64,000 bases of DNA. It comes from Candidatus Hadarchaeales archaeon (GTDB lineage: Archaea > Hadarchaeota > Hadarchaeia > Hadarchaeales > WYZ-LMO6). The position numbers and the translations under genes were made by a program. The notes beneath the pieces are model-generated. The model saw nothing but the letters and a program-made list of their open reading frames with translations. It made no database searches and had not been told where the DNA came from. Position 1 is the first letter of the stretch. Every line of letters begins with the position of its first letter. Shown here in pieces: positions 29,751-39,847 of the stretch. The DNA lies in contig JAVYML010000003.1 in the NCBI GenBank assembly GCA_038736355.1, positions 22,093 to 86,092 on the forward strand, read 5' to 3'.

Positions 29751-30365
29751 TTATTTCTTGAGGAGGGCATCCACCTCCTCGTCCGTGAGTTCCCTGTATC
29801 CCTTCCCATCCACCACGGACACCACCACTTTGTCTCCCGTGGCCGCATCCCTTTCTATGGCCGTTTGGATGGCCTCCACCGCCAGTTTTTCCCCTTCTAG
29901 GAGGCTCAGGCCCTTTCTGTAGTTCCTCTCGAGCACTCCGTAGGCCACTTGGGCCCCCGTTCCCCCGCTGGCGAAATCCTCCTCCTCCACCCTCCCCCCA
30001 GCCGGATCGAGGGTGAGGAGGACACATCCCTCCTCTTCGAAACCACACAGGATACCCTCCAGGAGATAGGGATACCACCTCCTGCTCTGGAGAACATTGG
30101 AGGCGATCTGCGCCAGACCCCTCGTGGAAATGGATCTCCCGTGTTCTATCCTGTAGAGGTTGGCCTCGGCTTGGAGGATGCTCACTAGACTCTGGATGTC
30201 CCCCGGGGCTCCTGAGAAGGCAGCCCCCAATTTCTCCTCCAGCTTGAAGATCTTCCTAGCCCTTTTGCTCAGGACCAGATAATATCCCACTGCCCTGGTA
30301 TCGGAGGCGAGCACTGCCCCCTCCTTGGTCTTCAGCCCCACGATCGTTCCTGCGAAGTATTCCAT
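29751..30365 (-). CDS. psmB: Proteasome beta subunit
   Basis: MEYFAG|TIVGLKTKEGAVLASDTRA has the propeptide followed by the catalytic Thr. The start is set at MEYFAGT; the 242-aa ORF-track version is over-extended. Confidence 0.88.
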   Translation of the reverse strand: MEYFAGTIVGLKTKEGAVLASDTRAVGYYLVLSKRARKIFKLEEKLGAAFSGAPGDIQSLVSILQAEANLYRIEHGRSISTRGLAQIASNVLQSRRWYPYLLEGILCGFEEEGCVLLTLDPAGGRVEEEDFASGGTGAQVAYGVLERNYRKGLSLLEGEKLAVEAIQTAIERDAATGDKVVVSVVDGKGYRELTDEEVDALLKK

Positions 30366-30445
30366 CCCTCTTCCTTTGCACCCCCGCCTTTTAATCCCTA
30401 CAGTGGGCAAAAGAATCAAATCGCCACTTTCCCAGAGAGGGGGGA

Positions 30446-30898
30446 ATGAGGATATATTTGGTCCAGCATGCCGAGGCAAAACCCGAGGAGGAAGATCCTG
30501 CTAGGCCCCTTTCGAAGAAGGGGGAGGAAGAGGCAGTTAAGGTGGCCAAGTTCTTGGCGAAGTTCGTCAGGGTCTCCAAAATCCTTCACAGCGGTAAGTT
30601 GAGGGCCCTCCAAACGGCCAAAATCCTGGCGGAGGAGCTCCTCCCCACGGAGATGCGGGAGGCACTAGGCCTGACCCCCTTGGATGATCCCCTTCCTTGG
30701 GTGGAGGAATTGAAGAGAACGGAAGAGGATCTCATGCTCGTGGGACATATGCCCCATCTGGGTAAGCTGGCCTCCCTCCTCCTTTCGGGGGAAGAGGGAA
30801 GGGTGAAGCTGGGTTTCAAACCTGGAACGGTGGTTTGCCTGGAGAAAGAAGGGGAAAAGTGGGTGCTGAAATGGATGCTCTCTCCAGAAATCCTCTAA
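30446..30898 (+). CDS. sixA: Phosphohistidine phosphatase SixA-like (histidine phosphatase superfamily)
   Basis: MRIYLVQHAEA (RHG-type motif) ... LMLVGHMPHLG. Confidence 0.65.
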   Translation: MRIYLVQHAEAKPEEEDPARPLSKKGEEEAVKVAKFLAKFVRVSKILHSGKLRALQTAKILAEELLPTEMREALGLTPLDDPLPWVEELKRTEEDLMLVGHMPHLGKLASLLLSGEEGRVKLGFKPGTVVCLEKEGEKWVLKWMLSPEIL

Positions 30899-30917
30899 CT
30901 CCAAGGGGGCAGGGAGG

Positions 30918-31859
30918 TTGAGGAAGCTTTTGGCAGGAGTGGACTTGGGTGCCACCAACCTTAGGGTGGCCCTTTCGGACGGGAAAAAACTGCTCGTGGA
31001 GAGGAAGGAGAAAACCCTCCTCGTGGATCCCTTCTCCCCTTCCCGCCAGATCCTCTCCCTCCTTCGTTCGATGCTTTTCAAAGGGGGGAGTTTGGAGGGG
31101 GTGGGTTTGGCATCCGTGGGACCCTTGGACCTCAAGAGGGGAGAAGTGAGGAACTCACCCAACCTTCCCTTCAAGCGGGTCCCCCTCGTCAAACCCTTGG
31201 AGGAGGAGTTGGAGGTTCCCGTGATCCTGCTGAACGACTGTTCGGCCGCTGTCGTGGGGGAAAGGGAATTCGGCGCGGGCAGGGGTGTGGATGATCTCGT
31301 TTATGTGGGGATAGGGACGGGAATAGGGGGTGGGGCTTATGTGGATGGACACCTCCTCTGGGGAAAGGAGGGAAATGCGGTGGAGATAGGTCATCTCGTC
31401 GTGGATTCTTCCGGAAGACTGGAATGCGGATGTGGGAGGAGGGGACATTGGGAGGCTTATTGTTCGGGAACGGGCCTTCCAAAGCTAGTGGATTGGAGAC
31501 TAAAAAGGGGGGAGGGGAAGGGAAGCATGCTAAGGAAACGATGGAAAGATGGTTTGAAGGCTGAGGACTTTTTCGAAGCGGTGAGGGCAGGTGATTCCTT
31601 TGCCCTCAAGGTGCTAGAAGAAGTGGGGAGGTTGAACGGAATAGGTTTCACCTCCTTGGTGGAGGCCTACGATCCTTCCCTCATCACCGTGGGAGGAACC
31701 GTGGCCTTGAAGAATGCGAAATGGCTTCTTCCCCCCGTGAGGAGGTGGATGAGGAGGGAGGCCTACAACCGTCCTCCAACCGTGAGACTCACCCCCCTCG
31801 GTGAAAGGGCTGGTTTATACGGGGCAGTGGGAATCATCCGGCAGGAAGTGAGGAAATGA
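30918..31859 (+). CDS. ROK-family sugar kinase (glucokinase-like)
   Basis: LAGVDLGATNLRVAL...GIGTGIGGG...GHLVVDSSGRLECGCGRRGHWEAYCSG is the ROK Zn motif. Start is TTG at 30918. Confidence 0.8.
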   Translation: MRKLLAGVDLGATNLRVALSDGKKLLVERKEKTLLVDPFSPSRQILSLLRSMLFKGGSLEGVGLASVGPLDLKRGEVRNSPNLPFKRVPLVKPLEEELEVPVILLNDCSAAVVGEREFGAGRGVDDLVYVGIGTGIGGGAYVDGHLLWGKEGNAVEIGHLVVDSSGRLECGCGRRGHWEAYCSGTGLPKLVDWRLKRGEGKGSMLRKRWKDGLKAEDFFEAVRAGDSFALKVLEEVGRLNGIGFTSLVEAYDPSLITVGGTVALKNAKWLLPPVRRWMRREAYNRPPTVRLTPLGERAGLYGAVGIIRQEVRK

Positions 31860-32863
31860 TGGAAGAAATAGGAAAGGTGGATAAGGGGGGGATGCTGGCC
31901 GAGCTCCTGCGCTTCCCGGAGAGGTGCGGGGAGGCCCTTTCGCTGGAAGTGAGGACGGGGAAAAGGAGGGTGGGAAAGGTGGTGCTCGCGGGTATGGGGG
32001 GTTCGGCCATCGCGGGGGATCTCCTGAGGGATTGGTTGGTTCCTCCCTTTCCCTTCGAGGTCTGTAGGGACTACCATCTCCCACGATGGGTGGGGAGGGA
32101 TACCCTCGTCCTGGCCGTGAGCTATTCCGGTAACACGGAGGAGACCCTAAGTTGTCTTTCCGAAGCTCTCGAGAGGGGGGCGGAGGTGGTGGGGATTTCC
32201 TCTGGGGGAAGGTTGGAGGAGAAGTGTTTGGAGGAGGGAATCCCCCATGTGAAGGTACCGGGGGGAATGATGCCCAGGGTGGCCCTCCCCTTCCTCCTCT
32301 TCCCTTCCTTCAGCGTGTTGAGGAAAAAGGGTCTGGTGGAGGTGGGGAGGGAGGAACTGGAGGAGGCCTGGGAAAGGTTGGGAAGGCTGAGGAGGAGGTT
32401 GGCACCGGGGGTGAAGGGAAATCCGGCGGAGGAGGCTGCGGAAAGGCTCAAGGGAACCCTTCCCTTCATTTATGCCCCAGGCGGGATAGCCGGAGTGGCC
32501 CTCAGGCTGAAGACCCAGCTGAACGAGAACAGCAAAGTACCTGCAAAGGTGGAGCTCCTTCCCGAGCTCTGCCACAACGAGATCGTGGGGCTACGTTCTT
32601 CCCCCCCTTTTGTGTCCTTCATCCTCCTGAGGAGCGGGGAGGAGAACCGGAGGATGGAGGTGAGGATGGAGTTCCTCAAGGAGCTCCTGAGGGGAAGGAA
32701 GGTGGTGGAGTTCAGGGGGGAAGGGAGGGGGAGGCTGGCACGCCTCCTCACCCTGGTCTACTTCGGCGACTTCCTTTCCTTCTACCTCGCGGTGAAGAGG
32801 GGGGTGGATCCCACACCCGTCCCGGAAATAGAGGAGCTCAAGAAAAGGCTCTCCTCCCTTTAG
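31856..32863 (+). CDS. pgi: Bifunctional phosphoglucose/phosphomannose isomerase (crenarchaeal-type PGI/PMI, SIS domain)
   Basis: GKVVLAGMGGSAIAGDLL...LAVSYSGNTEETL. Size ~330 aa. The ATG overlaps the ROK kinase stop. Confidence 0.8.
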   Translation: MMEEIGKVDKGGMLAELLRFPERCGEALSLEVRTGKRRVGKVVLAGMGGSAIAGDLLRDWLVPPFPFEVCRDYHLPRWVGRDTLVLAVSYSGNTEETLSCLSEALERGAEVVGISSGGRLEEKCLEEGIPHVKVPGGMMPRVALPFLLFPSFSVLRKKGLVEVGREELEEAWERLGRLRRRLAPGVKGNPAEEAAERLKGTLPFIYAPGGIAGVALRLKTQLNENSKVPAKVELLPELCHNEIVGLRSSPPFVSFILLRSGEENRRMEVRMEFLKELLRGRKVVEFRGEGRGRLARLLTLVYFGDFLSFYLAVKRGVDPTPVPEIEELKKRLSSL

Positions 32864-33381
32864 AGGAGTTCCACCCTTTTCCCCCTCTCGCTCGGTACGA
32901 TCCTCCTCCTTCCCCCCGGGAAGTCCCTCTTGAGTTCCTCCCCATCGAAGAGTCTGTCCAGGAAGACGGCTAGGGCTGCCACTTCCGAGTGGGGCTGGTT
33001 GCCCACCGCCACGTTGTAGTCCGCCAGCTCGAACATCTCCCCCGGAACCTTCTCCGCCCCCACGACCACCAGCAGGTCCCTTCCCTTCACGAGTGGAAGG
33101 ATTTCTTCCAAGGGCCTGCCGTACATCGTCAGGTGTACCACCTTTCCCCCCTCCTTCTTCCACTCTTCCACCGCTTCCTTCCACGGCTTTCCCCCCTTCA
33201 CCCAGAAACTCCCTCCCCATTCCCTCCCCAACTCCTCCATCCTCCTCTCCAGCTCCGGATCCCTCCAGTCGGCGAGGATCATTCCGTCAGCCCCGAAGGC
33301 CCTAGCGGTCAAGGCCACGTGCGTGGTGAGCCTCTGATCCCTGAAGGGGCGATGGCCCATCCTCAGCACCACAACCCTCAT
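32860..33381 (-). CDS. trm56: tRNA (cytidine56-2'-O)-methyltransferase aTrm56 (SPOUT)
   Basis: MRVVVLRMGHRPFRDQRLTTHVALTARAFGADGMILA is the canonical aTrm56 N-terminus. Confidence 0.85.
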   Translation of the reverse strand: MRVVVLRMGHRPFRDQRLTTHVALTARAFGADGMILADWRDPELERRMEELGREWGGSFWVKGGKPWKEAVEEWKKEGGKVVHLTMYGRPLEEILPLVKGRDLLVVVGAEKVPGEMFELADYNVAVGNQPHSEVAALAVFLDRLFDGEELKRDFPGGRRRIVPSERGKRVELL

Positions 33382-33420
33382 CTTCCCAACACTTTTTTTC
33401 CCATTCTTCCGTTAAGGTTG

Positions 33421-34146
33421 ATGCATCCCCTCTCCCGGTATCTCAGGGCCCTCTCCGAGCTTTCCCGCCTCCGTAGGGAGGGGGGGAGGTTGCGCTTCGG
33501 CCTTTCCTCCGTGAGTGCCTCGGATATAGCGGCCCAGTTCTACTGCGAGCGTAAGGTGGAATTCAGGTACACGGTGGGGAGGATCCGGACGCAGGAAATG
33601 ATGGAGGGGGAAAACAGACATGCCAAGCTGGTGGAAAAGGCGGTACGGAAGACACCCGAGGAAATCCTGCGTTCCGCCCTCGAGGGAAAACCCGTTTGGG
33701 CCACGGAACTCTTCTTGGCTTCCAGCTTTGGAGGCGTGTTCGTGACGGGGAAACCCGATGCCCTCGTCTTCGAGGGGGGGAGACCCATCAGGGTGGTGGA
33801 GTACAAGTTCACGGAGGCTAGGACTCCAGCCCATTACCATCATGTCCAGGCAAGGGTTTACTGTCTCCTCCTCCGTTCGTTGGGAATGGACACTTCCCAT
33901 CTGAAGTATGTCATTTTCCTCCTCCCTCCCTCCTCTTCCCCACCCTTCGACAGGATTTCCAAGCTCGTGCTCGAAGGAGGGGGGGAGGAGGGAGTCTTCC
34001 TCTTCGAACCGGATTGGGAAAGGGGGAGGAGAGAACTGATATGGGCCTTACAGTATTGGAAGGGGAGGAGGGAGGCCCAGCCCACCGCCACCAAGATCAG
34101 GTGTGAATCCTGTGAGTACAGGGAAAGGTGTCTTCCGGTGGGGTAA
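33421..34146 (+). CDS. Cas4-like PD-(D/E)XK nuclease (DUF83), stand-alone
   Basis: The N-terminus has a Cys in the FYCERK motif. The C-terminus has CESCEYRERC, i.e. 1+3 Cys as in Cas4 Fe-S nucleases. No cas genes or CRISPR array are nearby. Confidence 0.6.
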   Translation: MHPLSRYLRALSELSRLRREGGRLRFGLSSVSASDIAAQFYCERKVEFRYTVGRIRTQEMMEGENRHAKLVEKAVRKTPEEILRSALEGKPVWATELFLASSFGGVFVTGKPDALVFEGGRPIRVVEYKFTEARTPAHYHHVQARVYCLLLRSLGMDTSHLKYVIFLLPPSSSPPFDRISKLVLEGGGEEGVFLFEPDWERGRRELIWALQYWKGRREAQPTATKIRCESCEYRERCLPVG

Positions 34147-34779
34147 ATGTATGCCCTTCTCCAGCTCCCCATAGGTTTCTTCGTGGGTCTTTCAGGTTCC
34201 CTCCTTCCAGGCCCCATGCTCGTCTACGTGGTGGCCAAGTCTTCCGTGGAGGGAGCGGGGGTGGGACCGAGGGTAGTGGTTGGACATCTCCTCACCGAGG
34301 CCCTCTTCCTCTCGCTCTTCCTGGCAGGCCTGAGGGTCTTCCTGAAGCCCCCCGTTCACACCTCTCTCGGTCTTCTCGGAGGGAGCCTCCTCCTTTTGTT
34401 GGGAGGGATGAGCGCCAAAAGGGCGGCGGGAAAGCTGGGTGCTGAGGGGGTTCCCCTGGTCTCCCTCCCACCCCTCCCCGGAGGGGTACTCTTCAGTAGC
34501 CTCCTGAACCCAAGTGTTCCCCTCTGGTGGGTGACGGTGGGCTTTTCCACCCTCCTCGAGGCCTTTTCCCTCTCCTCCTATCCAGGTGTGGTCCTCTGGC
34601 TGGTGGGTCACGGTCTCTCCGACCTCAGCTGGTTTTCCCTGGTTTCCCGCCTGGCCTCCAGGGGAAGGAGGATCGTGGGGACAAGGGCCCACAGGATCCT
34701 TCTAGCCTCCTGCGGGGCCTTCCTCCTCCTCTTCGGTTCCTTCCTCCTCCTGAAGTACCTACCAGAGCTGATATACTGA
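34147..34779 (+). CDS. LysE/RhtB-family amino-acid exporter
   Basis: About 6 TM helices with a LysE-type N-terminus (LPIGFFVGLSGSLLPGPMLVYVV). Confidence 0.65.
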   Translation: MYALLQLPIGFFVGLSGSLLPGPMLVYVVAKSSVEGAGVGPRVVVGHLLTEALFLSLFLAGLRVFLKPPVHTSLGLLGGSLLLLLGGMSAKRAAGKLGAEGVPLVSLPPLPGGVLFSSLLNPSVPLWWVTVGFSTLLEAFSLSSYPGVVLWLVGHGLSDLSWFSLVSRLASRGRRIVGTRAHRILLASCGAFLLLFGSFLLLKYLPELIY

Positions 34780-34854
34780 AAAAAACCCTGAAAGGGTGTT
34801 CTATTCGGCTACGAACGATAGCGGTTAAGAGGAGGTAGGGAGAAAGGAAAAAGG

Positions 34855-34942
34855 GCGGGGGTGGCCGAGCCAGGTCAAAGGCGCCAGACTCAAGATCTGG
34901 TCCCTTAGGGGTTCGGGGGTTCAAATCCCCTCCCCCGCACCA
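34855..34942 (+). tRNA. tRNA-Leu (anticodon CAA), long variable arm, CCA encoded
   Basis: GCGGGGG-TG-GCCGAGCCAGGTCAAAGGC-G-CCAGA-CTCAAGA-TCTGG-TCCCTTAGGGGTTC-GGGGG-TTCAAAT-CCCCT-CCCCCGC-A-CCA. Confidence 0.9.
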
Positions 34943-35051
34943 AGCCGGTGTGGTCCGATTTCATCTTTTCCAGACTTTGGGACCAGTACTCTGGAGGAAA
35001 CCAGAGGGAAAGAGAAATCGGAGCCGGTGCATTACTGATGCTTTAGAAGAC

Positions 35052-36938
35052 TCATTCCTCCTCCAATTTCCTCGGAGATACTGGGTCCCCAAATCTCTTC
35101 TTGAGCTCCTCCAGCCCCTCACGCGTCTCCTCAAGCACCTCGAAGACTTCCTTGGGCGTGCCTTCTTCCTTCCTCCAGAACTCCTCTACCCTTCCAACCT
35201 TCTTCAGGAGCCACTTCACCCTGATGGAGAACTGCTGTTCGTATTCCTCCCATGTATATTCCTTCCCCCTGATCTCCCTGAAAAGCTCCACGAGGTCCTC
35301 ATGCTTAGGGATGAGACCCGTGGGGGAAACCAACGCACCCATCTCTCCGTGGATCCTCCTCTCCATCCACTTCACCCACACGTGCTTGTCCAGCCTGTGG
35401 TTCAGGTACTCTCCCGTTTTGGGATGGCGCAGGAAGTAGTTCACCCCGAAGACCAAAGGAACCTTTTTCAGCTTCCTTCCGAACTCCAGATAGTTTCGGA
35501 TGTAGTCTCCCAGGGGAATGGAGAGGAAATCCTGTATGCTCATCACGTTGATCTCGAACTTGGGTTCCTCCACGATGGCGAAGGTGGTTTCCGTCTCCAG
35601 TCCTGCCCCGTACAGGATGATGCCGTGTTCCCAGTTGAAACCCTGTTGTACCGGGACGAAAGCCCTGTAGTCCCTTCCCCCGAACATGATTCCTCCCAAC
35701 TCCACCCCCAAAGGATTCTCCAGCTCGGGATCGCAGTTGGGGAGGGAAGTCAGGCTCACGGTATATCTGGCATTGGGATGGGCAGGGGGAACGGGTTTCC
35801 CATCGGGTCCCACCACCCCCTCCCTCCATTCTCCGTAGAAGTTGATCCCCTCCTTGGGAAGTTCACACCCCATTCCCAGCCAGTAGGGCTTCCCGTCCTT
35901 CACCAACACGTTGGAGAAGATGATTTCCCCAGGACTGGTGAGGACTTGATAGATGAGGGGATCGTCCCGGGGGTTGACGTCCTGCAAGATTCCTAGGATT
36001 CCCGCTTCAATGTTTACGGCCCTGCAACTTCCATTCAAGTTCCTGACATAGGCTATATCGTCGGCGAGAATGGTTTCGTCGGGGAGCATGGCGGTGGAAG
36101 TCTTCCCGCAGGCACTGGGGAAGGCTCCGGCCAAATAGGTCTTTCTTCCTCCAGGTCCCTTAACCCCTATGATCATGAAATGTTCCGCCAACCAGCCCTC
36201 CCTGTGGGCCTTCCTTATGGCTAGCCTGAGGGCGAGCTTCTTGAACCCCACCGAGTTCCCCGCGTACTGCGTGTTCACGCTGTAAACGGTGTTGGTGACG
36301 TAGTCGATGTAAATCCTCTTCTTCTCGTGTTCCACGCTTATCATCCGCTCATCCACTTTTCCGGAGGAGTGTAGGGTCTTGAAGAGCTCGGCACTGGGAC
36401 CGAGCTTCAGGAAGGTATCATAGCCCCTGCGGTAGAGGAGGCTGACGGAATGGGCCACGTACCATGAATCCGTGCACTCCATACAGGGAATGGTGAAGGG
36501 GGAGTCCTTTGGTCCCAAGGTGAGAAAGCGCACGATCATGGTCCTTCCCCTCATGGAATTCCTCAGCAGTCCTAGGATCTCGGAGAGGCCCTCTTCCCTC
36601 TCCACCTGATTCAGGCGTGGACTGAGATAATCTCCTTTGGGAACTAGGAATTTCGTAACCTGCCTATCCCTTCCCTGATCGAAGTAGCCGTCGAAGTGGT
36701 AGGTGTGACCAGGAGTGGAAAGGGGCCTCTCCTCCCCGCTCTCTAGGGCCATGCGCCTGATATAGGCAAGATCCTCAGGGGAATCGTCGCAGATGAAAAT
36801 CCTTTCTGGGTCGCAGAGCTCCACCGCCTTAGCGATGAACTCATGTACTTCAGGATGGGGAATGGCTTCGAGCTTTTCCACTCCCCTTTCTCCTGCCCTT
36901 TCTCTCACCTTTACGAGCAGTCTTTCCTTTTTTGACAT
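35052..36938 (-). CDS. pckG: Phosphoenolpyruvate carboxykinase (GTP)
   Basis: 628 aa GTP-type PEPCK (…FPSACGKTS… kinase-1a, ...YHFDGYF...). Confidence 0.9.
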   Translation of the reverse strand: MSKKERLLVKVRERAGERGVEKLEAIPHPEVHEFIAKAVELCDPERIFICDDSPEDLAYIRRMALESGEERPLSTPGHTYHFDGYFDQGRDRQVTKFLVPKGDYLSPRLNQVEREEGLSEILGLLRNSMRGRTMIVRFLTLGPKDSPFTIPCMECTDSWYVAHSVSLLYRRGYDTFLKLGPSAELFKTLHSSGKVDERMISVEHEKKRIYIDYVTNTVYSVNTQYAGNSVGFKKLALRLAIRKAHREGWLAEHFMIIGVKGPGGRKTYLAGAFPSACGKTSTAMLPDETILADDIAYVRNLNGSCRAVNIEAGILGILQDVNPRDDPLIYQVLTSPGEIIFSNVLVKDGKPYWLGMGCELPKEGINFYGEWREGVVGPDGKPVPPAHPNARYTVSLTSLPNCDPELENPLGVELGGIMFGGRDYRAFVPVQQGFNWEHGIILYGAGLETETTFAIVEEPKFEINVMSIQDFLSIPLGDYIRNYLEFGRKLKKVPLVFGVNYFLRHPKTGEYLNHRLDKHVWVKWMERRIHGEMGALVSPTGLIPKHEDLVELFREIRGKEYTWEEYEQQFSIRVKWLLKKVGRVEEFWRKEEGTPKEVFEVLEETREGLEELKKRFGDPVSPRKLEEE

Positions 36939-36982
36939 TTTGTTAATTTTTTGGCTTTTTTCGAGACATTTATTCCATTACT

Positions 36983-38014
36983 TTAAAAACTTTGTCCTCC
37001 GTCTGTAAAGGTCCATTCCTTCGCGTATTCCCCCAATTCCTTCAGCCTTCTCTCCTTCTCCCTCCTTTCCAGGAAGGAGGCCTCGAAGGAGTTCCGGGCG
37101 AGCCCAACGAGTTCCTTCCTCCCCAATCCTAGCGCTTCCTGTACGGCTAGGTAGTTTTCGTTCACGTATCCTCCGAAGTAAGCTGGATCGTCGGAGTTCA
37201 ACGTTACCTTCAGCCCCTTTTCCATCATCTCCTTGAGGGGATACTCCCTCAAGTCCTTCACCACCCCCAGCCTGAGGTTGGAGAGGGGACAGAGGGTGAG
37301 GGGGATCCCTTTCTTGGCCAGTTCCCTCACCAATTCCGGATCCTCCATCGCCCTGTTTCCGTGGTCGATTCTGGCCACACCGAGTTCGAGGGCTTCCCAT
37401 ACGTATTCGGGGGGCCCCTCCTCCCCCGCATGGGCCACGAGCAGGAATCCCTCTTCCCTGGCCCTTTCAAAAACCCTCTTGAATTTGGAGGGTGGATGAC
37501 CCACTTCGGCCGAATCCAGCCCCACTCCTATGATCCACTCCTTGTAAGGAAGGGCCTCCTCCAACGTCTTGACCGCCTCCTCTTCGGGTAAGTCCCTCAA
37601 GAAGCACATGATGAGTCTGGTTGTCATTCCCATTTTCTCCGCCTCCCTCAGGGCCGAATGGATTCCTTCCACCACCTTCTCGAACCTTATCCCCCTACGT
37701 GTGTGGGCCTGGGGATCGAAGAAGACTTCGGCATGCAGGACGGTCTGGGAGCGCGCCTTCTTGAGGTAGGAAAGCGTGAGTTCCCGAAAATCTTCCTCCT
37801 CCCTCAGCACCTCCACCCCCTTGTAGTAAAGGTTGAGGAAATCCTGGAGGTTCCTGAATCTGTAGGCCCTCCTCACCTCTTCCACCGAGCGATATCCCAG
37901 TTCCACCCTTCTCTTCCCTGCCAGTTCGAACATGAGCTCCGGTTCCAGCGTACCCTCGAGGTGCAGGTGGAGCTCCGCTTTGGGTAAACCTTCCACGAAG
38001 GCCCTCTCGGACAT
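36983..38014 (-). CDS. add: Adenosine/adenine deaminase family protein
   Basis: LPKAELHLHLEGTL metal-binding motif, with SDDP-type and HAGE (VAHAGEEG) motifs. Confidence 0.85.
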   Translation of the reverse strand: MSERAFVEGLPKAELHLHLEGTLEPELMFELAGKRRVELGYRSVEEVRRAYRFRNLQDFLNLYYKGVEVLREEEDFRELTLSYLKKARSQTVLHAEVFFDPQAHTRRGIRFEKVVEGIHSALREAEKMGMTTRLIMCFLRDLPEEEAVKTLEEALPYKEWIIGVGLDSAEVGHPPSKFKRVFERAREEGFLLVAHAGEEGPPEYVWEALELGVARIDHGNRAMEDPELVRELAKKGIPLTLCPLSNLRLGVVKDLREYPLKEMMEKGLKVTLNSDDPAYFGGYVNENYLAVQEALGLGRKELVGLARNSFEASFLERREKERRLKELGEYAKEWTFTDGGQSF

Positions 38015-39391
38015 CTACCTATACCACGGAAGGCATTTGGTCAGGTATTCGGAGAGGAAGGAAAGGAAGTCTTCCCCAAGTCCCAAGGTCTCCCTTCCGC
38101 GGTAGATCCTGAAACTCTTAGAAAGGGCTTCCCCCACATGTTTTCCCAACCCTTCACCCCTTTTCACGGTTTCTTCCAGCACCTTTTTTGCTTCCCTCTT
38201 TTTCCTCTCTACCTCGAACACCAGTCTCCCTTCCATGTCCACGTAGGGACCGGCCCAGGTCCCCTTCCTCCCCAAATACTTCCTTAGGAAGTCCTCTTCC
38301 GGGGCAGAGGGGGGAGGTCCCCTCCTCACTTCCAGCGCGGGGAGGGAAGGAGGAAAGACCTCGAGGAGGATGGCGGAAAAGCGCTTCCCCGACCATACTT
38401 CGCTGCCCAGCACTTGGAAGCCCCTTTCACCCAACGTGAAGGTCAGGGCCCTTTCCGCTTTCCTGAGCTGGGGGAAGAGCACATCCTCCACCACGCGGGG
38501 GGTCCTGAAGGTCACGCAGAAAATCTCCGTTCCCCTCCTCTCCATGAGCTTCCGGAGCTCACCCTTACCGAGCACTCTCGGAGGTCTGGGGAAGAAGAAG
38601 CGTTCGGAAGGTTTCCTCAGGAAGTCACGGCAAGCCAGAACGAAGGTGGAGAACTTCTGAAAGGAAACGGCAGCCGCCACGTTCCTGCTCTTGTCCACCG
38701 GGTCCACCACTATCAGAGGCTGTTCGGGAAAGAACAGCCTGAGTTTCGAGGGATCCGGATAGAAACCCTCCAGATCCACCACTTGTCCAGGTTTCCACCC
38801 CCTGGCTTCCCTTATCAGTCCCTCGAAGGACTGGGCATGGAGGATCAGAAGTTCGCACAGGTAACCGGAGAAACCCCCAACCCTCAACTCTGCTCCATAG
38901 CATCCTATCCCCATCATGAACCTCTTGAGGAGCCTGATTTCCCTCTTGAGATCCTCGCTCAGCCTCCTCTTTACATATTCCGTATGGAAGGGTGTTCGAT
39001 CCACCGAAGAGCGTAGCTGGGAGGGATCCTCTACCTTGAAACAGGGCACCACTTCAACCCTGTATCCCTTCATCTGGATTTCCAAGTAGGGATGCTCGGC
39101 ATATCTCTCCCTTTTCTTTCCCTTCAGCGTTTTGGCCACTTCCACCACTTCCCTCAACTTCTCGTCGGGGAAAGAGGGTGGAAGAAGGACAAAAAGGTCC
39201 AAATCGTTCTCCCCTCTAAGCCAAGTATCCTTGGCAAAGGATCCTTCTACCCTCACTTCGGCTTCTATCCCCCTCCGGAGGAGTTCCTCGGAGAGGGAGG
39301 AGAGGAGGCTATTGGAGAGGTTCATCGCTTTCTTCCTCTCCTCCTGCGTGGGTTCGATCTTCTCCAGAATCTTTTTGTAAAGTTCCATCAT
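38015..39391 (-). CDS. cca: CCA-adding tRNA nucleotidyltransferase (archaeal class I)
   Basis: VEGSFAKDTWLRGENDLDLFVLL is the class I polymerase-beta-like catalytic motif. ~458 aa. Confidence 0.88.
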   Translation of the reverse strand: MMELYKKILEKIEPTQEERKKAMNLSNSLLSSLSEELLRRGIEAEVRVEGSFAKDTWLRGENDLDLFVLLPPSFPDEKLREVVEVAKTLKGKKRERYAEHPYLEIQMKGYRVEVVPCFKVEDPSQLRSSVDRTPFHTEYVKRRLSEDLKREIRLLKRFMMGIGCYGAELRVGGFSGYLCELLILHAQSFEGLIREARGWKPGQVVDLEGFYPDPSKLRLFFPEQPLIVVDPVDKSRNVAAAVSFQKFSTFVLACRDFLRKPSERFFFPRPPRVLGKGELRKLMERRGTEIFCVTFRTPRVVEDVLFPQLRKAERALTFTLGERGFQVLGSEVWSGKRFSAILLEVFPPSLPALEVRRGPPPSAPEEDFLRKYLGRKGTWAGPYVDMEGRLVFEVERKKREAKKVLEETVKRGEGLGKHVGEALSKSFRIYRGRETLGLGEDFLSFLSEYLTKCLPWYR

Positions 39392-39441
39392 CCTGCTGGG
39401 AAGAGGGGGGTAAAAGGTTATTATGGGGGGTTCAGAGGAAA

Positions 39442-39843
39442 ATGATGTTCAAGCGTCTCCTCCTTTGTTTGACCGAGGCTACCCCCAAGGAAGTGGTAGA
39501 GGTAGCCCTGAAACTCAGTTCCCCGGATACGGAAGTCCACCTCCTCCATGTGGTACGTCTCCTCACCGAGTTGGGAAAGAAGCAGGCGGAAGAGGGCTTC
39601 GCATGGGTAAAGGAGCTCTTCGAGAAAGAAGGGAAGAAGACCGAATTCCATGTGGTGGAGGCCACGGAGGTGGGAAAGGCCATCATCTCCTTTGCTAAAG
39701 AGAAAAATTGTGACGTGATCGTGCTAGGGACCATTCCGAGAAAGGGAGTGTTGGGCTACTTCACGGAGAGTGTTTCCGATTACGTGGTCAAAAATTCACC
39801 CTGTGTAGCCGTGCTCGTCAGGAAGCCCGGTCAACCCGTGTAG
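39442..39843 (+). CDS. Universal stress protein (UspA family)
   Basis: MFKRLLLCLTEA...CDVIVLGTIPRKGVLGYFTESVSDYVVKNSPCVAVLVRKP. Confidence 0.85.
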   Translation: MMFKRLLLCLTEATPKEVVEVALKLSSPDTEVHLLHVVRLLTELGKKQAEEGFAWVKELFEKEGKKTEFHVVEATEVGKAIISFAKEKNCDVIVLGTIPRKGVLGYFTESVSDYVVKNSPCVAVLVRKPGQPV

Positions 39844-39847
39844 TTGG

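Noticed and set aside
34950-35996. 348-aa plus-strand ORF
   Set aside because: It lies antisense to GTP-PEPCK.
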